Of a stretch of DNA of 64,000 nt, positions 20,186-28,562 are shown one piece after another. Both the position numbers and the translations under genes were made by a program. The notes below the pieces were generated by a model that was not told the origin of the DNA, did no database searches, and saw only the letters and a list, made by a program, of their open reading frames with translations. The stretch lies in NCBI GenBank assembly GCA_963793265.1, contig CAWBZI010000001.1, positions 736,001 to 800,000 on the forward strand, read 5' to 3'. Source of the DNA: an uncultured cyanobacterium. GTDB taxonomy: Bacteria > Cyanobacteriota > Cyanobacteriia > Phormidesmidales > Phormidesmidaceae. Numbering within the stretch: the first letter of the stretch is position 1; every line of letters starts with the position of its first letter.

Positions 20186-20749
20186 CTACTTAACCGTCAC
20201 TTCATGAGAAACGTTAACAGCAACAGAGCTACCCAGCGCTTCGTTAAAGTTCCATTTCACGTGAGTGTAAGCAGAAGCAGGCGCAGGCTGCATCTCAACA
20301 GTGCCATCAGGCAAAGTAACTTCGACCATAGGCTCAGCTACAAAAGTCGCACCACCGTCGATGCTGTAAGTCGCATCAGCCGCAGTATTACCCTTCTCAG
20401 AACCAATGACATAAGTCATCGCAGCAGGAATAGGCTGAGTAATCACGAGATTTTCAGCAGGCAGTTCGCCAGCGTTAGAAGAAACGACCGCGTAGCGTAG
20501 CTTATCACCAGGCTGTACAGCCGCTTCGCCCTCTAGCTTTTGCCATTCAGCTTTCTCGGTACCGTCAGCATCGACGACAGTCATCTCTTTTTCAACGCCC
20601 ATTTCGAGCTTTACTTCAGGGCGAGTGAGGCGCTGTGCGATCGCCGCGCCCGCTTCTTGAATGCTCGCAAACACAGGTGTGCTCACTGCAAAAGGCGCAG
20701 AGGCCACCAAAGCTGCAACACCCAAACCAAACATGAACTTACGTTTCAT
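20186..20749 (-). CDS. Small secreted single truncated-DUF11 protein
   Basis: Signal peptide, then VQPGDKLRYAVVSSNAG..ENLVITQPIP..TYV..YSIDGG..YTHVKW..VNVSHEVTVK*. Confidence 0.85.
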   Translation of the reverse strand: MKRKFMFGLGVAALVASAPFAVSTPVFASIQEAGAAIAQRLTRPEVKLEMGVEKEMTVVDADGTEKAEWQKLEGEAAVQPGDKLRYAVVSSNAGELPAENLVITQPIPAAMTYVIGSEKGNTAADATYSIDGGATFVAEPMVEVTLPDGTVEMQPAPASAYTHVKWNFNEALGSSVAVNVSHEVTVK

Positions 20750-20817
20750 AATTTATTGAACCTTATAGAAAGTGTGACTGTGAATCTTTTGAAAGCAACA
20801 AATCAAATCGATTGAGA

Positions 20818-20854
20818 GAAGCCAGGCACAAGTTCTTTTAGCGCGCCCAGCTTC
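20818..20854 (-). other. Stem-loop just 3' of the putative major subunit gene
   Basis: Minus-strand GAAGCUGGGCGC pairs with GUGCCUGGCUUC (12 bp including G-U pairs). Confidence 0.5.
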
Positions 20855-20869
20855 AGCTCATATCATCGA

Positions 20870-23365
20870 TTAGTTAACAGAACGACGAATAACGAAGGTA
20901 CCCGATGCGCCCGGTGCAACAGAAGGCACTTCGTTTTCATACTTCTCAGCAGGCGTGCCATCAACAGGATCGGTTGGGCTAGTTGCCGCAGGCGTAGTAT
21001 CAGCGCTGGTTGAGAAGTAGCGGATTTCGCCGTTATCAGCCGTCGCACCAGAGCGGTGGCTAGTAAACTCAGCCCAGTTGTTAGTCCCTGCGTTACCGTC
21101 CTCAAGAATTAGGAAGTCGTTAGCGGTGAGCGTAACGCTGCCTGCACCTGTTGCAGACTGAGAGATGTTCTGGTAAGTGAGACGGTACTCAATGGTTTCA
21201 CCCGGCGCAGCATTTGCAGTAGGTGTTGCAGTGAATGCTTCGCGAACAGAGCCATCAGCAGCCAGAATTTGAGCTTCCTTCATCAGCATCATGAAGCCGG
21301 TGTATACGCGGTCGATGGTGATGTTGTTAGTTGTCTCACCTGTGTAGCCAGGCGATACGACAGGATCGTCGTCAGGGAAGGCAACGATAGGAATCGCGAC
21401 GTCTTCTAGCTGAGTAACGCCGTCGGGCAGGTCTACTTCAACGGTGTAGTCAACAGAATTACCTGCGGCGACATCGCCAACGTTAACAGGCGCATCAGGC
21501 GTTGTGAACGTTGTACCGTCGTAAGTGTATACGGCGGTGTTAGTGCCATCGCTGATAGTAACAATTGTGCCGACAGGAATATCGCCATCAACACCATACG
21601 CACCAGGCTGACCACCCGCAGCTTCAGCTTCAGTAGGCGACAGTGGCTCGATAGTGGTTTCAGCAATAAAGCCAATGCCAGCAGGGTTACTCACCGTGTT
21701 GTTGAAGGTAACCGCATCAGGGTCAAACGGCGTGGCAGGGTCTAAACCAGCCGGAACAGGTGTAGACAAGTTGGTGAAGTCGTCGTTGTCGTTGGTTGGG
21801 CCAATGGCATTAGGCGCACCGTCTGGGCCAGTAAGAATATCGTCAGTCGTTGGCGTAATCGAAACAACGTTGAGTTCACCGTCGTCGCCTGTACCTGAGT
21901 TGTCGTTGTTGTTGTCAACCAGGCTTGGATCATCAGGCTGGTTGTCGCCGTCGCCATCAGTTTCAGGTGCAATACCGTCATCTGTGCCAGGTACGTAATC
22001 GCTACCGTCAGCGGCAGGAGGATTACCTGCGTCGTCGTAGTTGTTAGGATTGGCGTCACCTGATTCATCGTAGATAATCTGAGGGTCAGGATCGGTGTCG
22101 CCAGCGGTTTGACCAAAGACCTGTGCGATGTTTTCGATGGTACCGCCCGTTTCAGGCAAGCCGCTGGTAACCACTGTGAAGGTTAGACCAGTGACCGTAG
22201 AGCCTACGTTGAGCGTACCAGCATTAACAAAACCAATGCGAGTAACTGTGCTCAAGTCAGTAGGCTGCGCAGTTTGCCATGCAAGCGTTAGCGGGTCAGA
22301 CCCTGCGTCCGCACCAGCCGGATCAACAGAATAGACAGGCGACCAACCATTAGGCAGGTTACTGCCTACAGAAGATAGGGTTGTCTGTGCTGGAATAGCA
22401 TCAGAAACCAGAATGCGATTCGCTGTAGCACCGTCTAGGGTAATGTCAGTGCCATCAAGTGCGGCTGCATTGAAGAGGCCAGCAGGGTCTAAATCTTCTA
22501 CACGCACGCCTAAGTCATAGGCGATAGTGTCATCGGTCGGATCGGCAGGAACACCAGCGTTAGCAATGCTAGACGTTTTGAGAACAGTCGCCAAAGCGAG
22601 GGCGTCGTCAGAACCGGCAAAGATAAGAGAGCTGTTGTCTTGTGCCTCACGCTCACCGTTTTCAGGTGCTTCAGGGCCAACATTCTCAGTGCGAACATCG
22701 TCAAGATTAGCGCCGCCGTCATCGTTATCTGACTGGTTTTGCTCTTCATCGACGCCTTCAACCGTGGGGTTGTCGGTGGTGTTACCTAGCTCGACTACTA
22801 TCAAATCGCCTGCAACAGTGCCAGCAGCAGGCGTACCTGTCACTCTTACTCTAAAGCTTTCATCTGGGTCGATTGGATCTCCACCCAAGCCAACAATAGT
22901 ACCGCCTTCTGCAGGAACCGTCCCAATCAAGACACCGTCTGAGTCAAAGACTTGTACAGGGTCAGTATCAGAAGGTGTGAAGTTGTCAGTTCTAATATTG
23001 TCAATGCCAGGAACGAAGACATCGGTTACTGCATTACCAATGTTAGTCACTTCAAAGTCATAAAAGAGGGTATCACCCGCTTCGACCGCGCCGCCATCTT
23101 CATCAATAGGAGGCTGAGCGCTTACGGTCAAGCCTGCAATTTCAGCAACTTTGATGACCACTGTATTAGAAGTGGTATCGAAGTCATTACCGTTACCGTC
23201 GTTGTAGGTCGCGGTTGCGGTGTTGCTGATGTCCGTTCCGGCATCAGTGCCTTCCGCCACAACAGCGCCGACCATATTGAACACGCCAGCAACTGCTAGA
23301 GTAGCAGCGAGAAGAGGCTTGTGAGCCTGCCAGCGAAATTTTTTCTGTTGTACTGTTTTTGCCAT
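20870..23365 (-). CDS. Secreted multi-Ig/DUF11 protein, 831 aa, with both donor motif and C-terminal truncated DUF11 (candidate major fibre subunit)
   Basis: ATG 23365 (MAKTVQQ), AVVA/EGTDAGTDISNTATATY..TSNTVVIKV. C-terminus LMKEAQ..APGETIEYRLTYQN..ILEDG..VAPGASGTFVIRRSVN*. First gene of the cluster. Confidence 0.85.
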   Translation of the reverse strand: MAKTVQQKKFRWQAHKPLLAATLAVAGVFNMVGAVVAEGTDAGTDISNTATATYNDGNGNDFDTTSNTVVIKVAEIAGLTVSAQPPIDEDGGAVEAGDTLFYDFEVTNIGNAVTDVFVPGIDNIRTDNFTPSDTDPVQVFDSDGVLIGTVPAEGGTIVGLGGDPIDPDESFRVRVTGTPAAGTVAGDLIVVELGNTTDNPTVEGVDEEQNQSDNDDGGANLDDVRTENVGPEAPENGEREAQDNSSLIFAGSDDALALATVLKTSSIANAGVPADPTDDTIAYDLGVRVEDLDPAGLFNAAALDGTDITLDGATANRILVSDAIPAQTTLSSVGSNLPNGWSPVYSVDPAGADAGSDPLTLAWQTAQPTDLSTVTRIGFVNAGTLNVGSTVTGLTFTVVTSGLPETGGTIENIAQVFGQTAGDTDPDPQIIYDESGDANPNNYDDAGNPPAADGSDYVPGTDDGIAPETDGDGDNQPDDPSLVDNNNDNSGTGDDGELNVVSITPTTDDILTGPDGAPNAIGPTNDNDDFTNLSTPVPAGLDPATPFDPDAVTFNNTVSNPAGIGFIAETTIEPLSPTEAEAAGGQPGAYGVDGDIPVGTIVTISDGTNTAVYTYDGTTFTTPDAPVNVGDVAAGNSVDYTVEVDLPDGVTQLEDVAIPIVAFPDDDPVVSPGYTGETTNNITIDRVYTGFMMLMKEAQILAADGSVREAFTATPTANAAPGETIEYRLTYQNISQSATGAGSVTLTANDFLILEDGNAGTNNWAEFTSHRSGATADNGEIRYFSTSADTTPAATSPTDPVDGTPAEKYENEVPSVAPGASGTFVIRRSVN

Positions 23366-23872
23366 TATTGTGATAGCTAAATTTTCAAGCAGAGTAGGTT
23401 GACCAAACGAGAATTTGTAAACTTCACTGATGATGAGCATCCGCTGTTGACGCCGATCCAAGGGGCTGAGGTGTTAAAACCTCCGGCCTTTATCGAGCCT
23501 TTGTTCAACTTAGACATTTAACGAAAGTCGGAACGCACCTGGATGACCGAAGGCTGCCGACTTGTTTCAACGTAAAGCTCATCTTTATAAAGTCTTTTCT
23601 TAGAAACTTGCCAGTTTCCTCGATAGGTTTGTGTCTTCGGGCAGATGTCAACCAACGAAGGTTGATAGCTTTTGACTGACCAGGCTTATGCTGCCCCTGC
23701 CTTTTGCTTCTCCGGTAGGGCGAATTACTGAAATATCAGAAAATCTTGGTTTGAACATACGGACAGTAGTTTTACCGAATGTAGAGGAATAGCTTCATAA
23801 GAGAGGAATAGAGCCGTATTCGGGTGAAACGAGTCTCCGTAAGTAAAAAGATAAATTTTTGCTAAACAAGAT

Positions 23873-23902
23873 AAAAACCACCTGATATCAAATCAGGTGG
23901 TT
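23873..23902 (-). terminator. Rho-independent terminator of the GAF-kinase gene
   Basis: AACCACCTGAT-N5-ATCAGGTGGTT perfect stem, with a T-run on the minus strand. Confidence 0.75.
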
Positions 23903-23946
23903 GTAGAACTAATATTTGGCTTTGTTTCGGCCCCGATGGTGTCGGC

Positions 23947-25539
23947 TTAATCCGGTATTTCTAAGGATGGCAAAGTAATCACGTAGCGATATCCTGTGGC
24001 CTCAGATCCTTGTACAGCCGCCTTACCATGGTGAATCTCGGTGAGGTGCTGGCTGATTAGCAGGCCGAGTTCTTGTCTAGAAGCGTCTACTTTTTGGGCG
24101 ATCGCTACTGCAGGCGACGTTGCGCTAGTGTCTTTGTCAAATTCATCATGAGACATTGCAAAATCAGGATGAATCGTGGCCGAACGAGCCGCCAACTGTT
24201 GAGCATCTAGCTGATAGGAAGAGGTGAAAGAATTGCTTTTTCCCCAGGCGATAACAGCCTGTGGTAAGTCTTCACCCAGCCACGGATTAGAAACCCAGAG
24301 TGCCAGGCTAATACTGTCTTCCTTGCGAGAAATGTGCAGCCGAATCGTGCTGCCCGCAGTAGACATTTTGATAATGCTAAAGACAAGGTGATAGATCAGT
24401 TGCTTAATCACACGCCTGTCCAGGCTCCACATGCGAGATCCCGGTTCAACAGTGAGCTTGATTTGAAGATCTTGCTGTTTGGCTAGCGTGCGCAAAGCTG
24501 CGATCGCCTGCTGCGCGATCATCTCCATATCAACCGAAGCTAGGGCTAGCTCATAGCCGTCTTCTTTCAAATCGCCCACTTCAACAATCTCATCAACCAT
24601 CGACAGTAGCTGCTGAGAACTTTTGACAACAATATTAGCGTACTCCTTTTGCTTTGCGCTCAGCGGGCCATAGATCTCTCGGCCCAGCATATTCGCCATA
24701 CCCGTAATCGAAGTTAGCGGATTGCGCAAATCTTGCGTAAGCTGCACCACCAAATCGAAGCGCACCTGATTGATTTTAGCTAGCAGCGACTCTTCAGCCG
24801 AAATTATCTGTCCGACCGACTGAAGCGGATGCCTGCCTGCCTGCAGTTCAGTCATGACGTGCCGCTTCTCAAACTCGCTCACACACCAGCGCGCACTTAG
24901 CTCTAAGAAAGCAACTTCCTGCTGAGTAAACTCATGCGGCAACAGATCCATTATCGCCAGCGTACCAATACAACAGCCATCTGCAACAATAGGCACACCT
25001 AAATAAGACTGAATCCCGTACTGCTGAACCAACAAACTACGCGAGAAAGCAGGATGAGCCGTCGCATCGTTTAGCATGAATGTTTTGCCACTATCAAGTA
25101 CATGCGTGCAAAAAGATTCTTCGCGCGGCAAGCAACGAGCCGAAGCGAGCTGATTCATCAAGCCTAAGCTAGAAAGGCCAACAACAGATTTGAATCGCTG
25201 CGTGTCAGCATCAATCACGCTCAAGATACAAATAGGCATCGCCAACAGTCGCGATACCATTTGCACGGCCTCATCAAAAACAGGCACCGACTCTGAACCC
25301 ATCAGGCCCAAACGAGAGAGCGCTTGGGTGCGATTTTGATCGCGCTGCGCAGGAGAAAGACCTTCTAAAAGGCAGGAGAGCTGCGTTTGCATCTGTATAG
25401 GAGAGTTATTGGCCTTTTTTTGTTGCGTATTGGCCTGTTGCGTAGTCCTCTGTTGCGTAGCCCTCTGTTCCGTAGCCTTAGAAGTGCCGTAAATCATGCG
25501 TGGTGCATTATGTCTAATAAATTTAGTTGAATTCATCAT
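23947..25539 (-). CDS. GAF-domain histidine-kinase-like protein with degenerate catalytic motifs
   Basis: GAF (FCTHVL..YLGVPI..IGTLAIMD). HisKA-like TQDLRNPLTSI with no His. Degenerate HATPase. Confidence 0.85.
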   Translation of the reverse strand: MMNSTKFIRHNAPRMIYGTSKATEQRATQQRTTQQANTQQKKANNSPIQMQTQLSCLLEGLSPAQRDQNRTQALSRLGLMGSESVPVFDEAVQMVSRLLAMPICILSVIDADTQRFKSVVGLSSLGLMNQLASARCLPREESFCTHVLDSGKTFMLNDATAHPAFSRSLLVQQYGIQSYLGVPIVADGCCIGTLAIMDLLPHEFTQQEVAFLELSARWCVSEFEKRHVMTELQAGRHPLQSVGQIISAEESLLAKINQVRFDLVVQLTQDLRNPLTSITGMANMLGREIYGPLSAKQKEYANIVVKSSQQLLSMVDEIVEVGDLKEDGYELALASVDMEMIAQQAIAALRTLAKQQDLQIKLTVEPGSRMWSLDRRVIKQLIYHLVFSIIKMSTAGSTIRLHISRKEDSISLALWVSNPWLGEDLPQAVIAWGKSNSFTSSYQLDAQQLAARSATIHPDFAMSHDEFDKDTSATSPAVAIAQKVDASRQELGLLISQHLTEIHHGKAAVQGSEATGYRYVITLPSLEIPD

Positions 25540-25673
25540 TCCCTACGACTAAAGGAGACAAACCCGTAGCTTTACAGAATCATCACGCAGGGGCACTGGC
25601 ATCGGGGCATACACGCTATTGCGGAGCACATGAAGTAGACTGGTAGGGTTATATATAGATATTTCGTCAGCTT

Positions 25674-27749
25674 ATGCAATCTGCTATTCCGATAGGGACT
25701 GTGCTCCAAAATCACTACAAAATTGTCCAACTGTTGGGACAAGGTGGCTTTGGCCGAACCTATCTAGCAGAGGATCAGGGGCGCTTTAACGAACGCTGCG
25801 CGATTAAAGAGTTTGTGCCGATTCAGGGAGAGGATCGGTTTTCAGACAAGGCCACTCAGCTTTTTCAGCGAGAAGCTGCTGTGCTGTATCAAATTAGCCA
25901 TCCGCAAATTCCGAAGTTTAGAGCAACGTTTGAAGAAGAAGAAAGACTGTTCTTAGTACAAGACTACGTGCAGGGGCCTACCTATCATGAAGTTTTGAGA
26001 CAGCGCCGAGAGCAGGGTCGGACATTTTCTGAAACCGAAGTCAGACAGTTTTTGCAGCAGATGCTGCCGGTGCTAGCACATATTCACGCCAAAGGCATCA
26101 TTCACCGAGACATTAGCCCCGACAATATTATTCTGCGTCAGGACGATAGCCTGCCGGTGCTGATTGATTTTGGCGTGGTGAAAGAAGTGGTGACTCGAAT
26201 GCAGCTAGACGGGGTGGTGTCACACGCGACGACGGTAGGGAAAGCAGGCTACGCGCCCAGCGAGCAAATTCAAACGGGCAGAGCCTACCCCAGCAGCGAC
26301 CTCTATGCGCTGGCCGTCACCGCCGTGGTGATGCTCACTGGCAAAGAGCCGCAAATGCTGTTTGACGATGTGAATGCCGTTTGGACGTGGCAGTCATCGG
26401 CATCGGTAAGCCCTCAGCTTGCGACAGTATTAAACAAGGCGCTGAGCTTTAGGCCGGGCGATCGCTACCAGTCGGTTAGAGAAATGGCGATCGCACTTCG
26501 AGGCGGCAGTCCCGCTCCCAATCCCGGTCAAAATCCTGCCCAAAACGCCCCCGATGGACTCACTGGCAGCATGACTGGCGCAATTCCTAGCAGACCCGTC
26601 CCGGTCAGCTCGACGCCGCCAATGTCGCAAATGAAAACGGTGGCCGTCGGTCGGCCTAATCCTCAAATGAATCCACAGGCGCTAGGCGGTAACCCCACCG
26701 TTAATAGACCGACTACCGTTGGCCAATCGGGCGGCCAATCGGGCGGACAGTCGGGCAGAGGCGCAAAACAGCCGCCGCCAATCGTCATGCCTTCAGAACG
26801 GGAGCGCTCCTCGTTTTTAGAGAATCCTTTGGCGGTAGGAGGTTTAGCCGTTGGGCTTGCAGCGATCGCAGGACTCGCTGGCTACGGCGTCGTCCAAACC
26901 CTAGACACCGCCGTCACGCCCGAACCTTCTATTACCTCACTCCCACCACTCGGCAGCGTCGAAACCCCAACACCTACCCCAACGCCTATCCAGTCTTCGC
27001 CCAAGCCAGTAGAGTACGAGCAGCAGCCGCTAGATCTCATTCCAGGATCGACCAAAATTGTCGAAGGTAACATGCGTCAGGGCGACAAGGTGACCTATCC
27101 TTTGCGTGCTGAGGCAGGCCAGATTCTCAGCGTAGAACAGACCGTAGAAGATGTCAGGCTAACCGTCTTGGGGCCAGACGGCGATCCGATCAATCGTCGG
27201 GCTCAGAACGTGTTTGAGTGGGAAGGCGAGATCGAAGAGTCGGGTGACTATCGCGTGCAGCTCAGCCCTGTGCGAAGCCGAGATGTCAAGAGTAGCGACT
27301 ACCGCCTCTCCGTCAGACTGAGCGATCCAGTCCCAGTTGAACCACCCGATCCGGTTCCAGAAAGGCCGACAGTACCGACTGAGCCGACAGTACCGACTGA
27401 GCCCACGATACCGATCGAGCCGCAAGTACAGTCTCAGCGCGTTTTGTTCCCCAGCGGATCGGAGGGTGTGCTGGTTGCGAACAGCGTCGGGCCAGGTGTG
27501 ATTCGCCGGTATGTTGTGAACGCTCAAGAAGGCCAGTTTTTGTCGGCACGAGTGACAGACACCGATGGCGGCAGAGTTGACTTTGATGTGCTGCTGCCGG
27601 GCGGTGAAATGGTGGCTGATGCCAGCAGATTGACTTCTTGGCAGGGGCTATTGCCGGTTGGGGGCGACTATATTATTGACGTGCAGTCTGCGCAGCCTGC
27701 TGAGTTTACGCTAGAGATTGAGGCGCGAGCGGCGTTGCCAATAGAGTAG
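25674..27749 (+). CDS. Hanks-type Ser/Thr protein kinase with TM helix and C-terminal PPC-like extracellular domains
   Basis: LGQGGFGRTY, CAIKEF, IHRDISPDN, LIDFG. Hydrophobic segment LAVGGLAVGLAAIAGLAGYGV. Two YxLxAxAGQ domains. Confidence 0.92.
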   Translation: MQSAIPIGTVLQNHYKIVQLLGQGGFGRTYLAEDQGRFNERCAIKEFVPIQGEDRFSDKATQLFQREAAVLYQISHPQIPKFRATFEEEERLFLVQDYVQGPTYHEVLRQRREQGRTFSETEVRQFLQQMLPVLAHIHAKGIIHRDISPDNIILRQDDSLPVLIDFGVVKEVVTRMQLDGVVSHATTVGKAGYAPSEQIQTGRAYPSSDLYALAVTAVVMLTGKEPQMLFDDVNAVWTWQSSASVSPQLATVLNKALSFRPGDRYQSVREMAIALRGGSPAPNPGQNPAQNAPDGLTGSMTGAIPSRPVPVSSTPPMSQMKTVAVGRPNPQMNPQALGGNPTVNRPTTVGQSGGQSGGQSGRGAKQPPPIVMPSERERSSFLENPLAVGGLAVGLAAIAGLAGYGVVQTLDTAVTPEPSITSLPPLGSVETPTPTPTPIQSSPKPVEYEQQPLDLIPGSTKIVEGNMRQGDKVTYPLRAEAGQILSVEQTVEDVRLTVLGPDGDPINRRAQNVFEWEGEIEESGDYRVQLSPVRSRDVKSSDYRLSVRLSDPVPVEPPDPVPERPTVPTEPTVPTEPTIPIEPQVQSQRVLFPSGSEGVLVANSVGPGVIRRYVVNAQEGQFLSARVTDTDGGRVDFDVLLPGGEMVADASRLTSWQGLLPVGGDYIIDVQSAQPAEFTLEIEARAALPIE

Positions 27750-27805
27750 AGTATCGGTTTAGCATTAGTACGTCAAAACTCAAGTACGTCAAAACCTATA
27801 GAGGA

Positions 27806-28516
27806 GTGCAGGTCAATTTGGCTGCGTTGTTGGTGACCGGAACAGATACAGACAGTGGGAAAACGGTGCTAACGGCGGCGCTAATCGCCTACTGGCAGCG
27901 GTATTGCTGGGCCTACAAGCTAGGCGTGTGTAAGCCGGTTCAGTCAGGGACGGGCGATCGCGAATTCTACAGCCGCCTTTTCACCCTAGAGCAAACGCCT
28001 GAACAGCTCAATCCACTGTGGTACAAAACGCCCATTGCCCCACCGCTTGCCGCTGCCATTGAAGGCAAACGAGTAGATCTTGCGTTTGCCTGGAAGGTAT
28101 TTTCCGAGCTAGAGGCCAGTAAAGACTGGACGCTAGTAGAAGGCGCAGGTGGATTAGGATCGCCAGTTACGGAGGAGCTAACGGTGGCCGATATTGCCCA
28201 GGAGTGGCGACTGCCGACGATATTAGTGGTGCCAGTGAAGCTAGGCTGCATCGCAGCAGCGATGGCAAATGTGGCCCTAGCCAAGCAAAAAAAGGTAAAG
28301 CTTAAAGGCATTGTGCTCAACTGCACGCAGCCTTGTACGCCGAATCAGATGAATAGCTGGGCTCCGGTAGACATGATCGAATCGCTCACGCGAATGCCCG
28401 TGCTGGGGATTGTGCCGTATCTTAAGCAAATTAAGGATGTAGAAGTGCTTGCCGAGACAGCAGCGCGATTGAACTTAGAAAGTATTATGCCAAAGGCTTT
28501 TTGGGCGGGGCGTTAG
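27806..28516 (+). CDS. bioD: Dethiobiotin synthase
   Basis: LVTGTDTDSGKT, KPVQSG, LVEGAGG, LGCI. Confidence 0.92.
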   Translation: MQVNLAALLVTGTDTDSGKTVLTAALIAYWQRYCWAYKLGVCKPVQSGTGDREFYSRLFTLEQTPEQLNPLWYKTPIAPPLAAAIEGKRVDLAFAWKVFSELEASKDWTLVEGAGGLGSPVTEELTVADIAQEWRLPTILVVPVKLGCIAAAMANVALAKQKKVKLKGIVLNCTQPCTPNQMNSWAPVDMIESLTRMPVLGIVPYLKQIKDVEVLAETAARLNLESIMPKAFWAGR

Positions 28517-28562
28517 GTTTCATAGAAATCTGCCAAAATAAAAAGGTTGCTGAAGAGAACCC

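Noticed and set aside
23366..23461. N-terminal 32 aa of the 863-aa ORF
   Set aside because: It uses a TTG start. ATG 23365 gives a normal signal peptide.
23470..23495. AAACCTCCGGCCT resembles part of a c-di-GMP-I (GEMM) riboswitch
   Set aside because: It is on the wrong strand for the downstream gene, and the GCAAAC/GNRA stem is absent.
27355..27420. Tandem CCGACAGTACCGACTGAG repeats and GGCCAATCGGGC repeats (~26720) in the kinase gene
   Set aside because: Ordinary PTVPTE and GQSG linker expansions.
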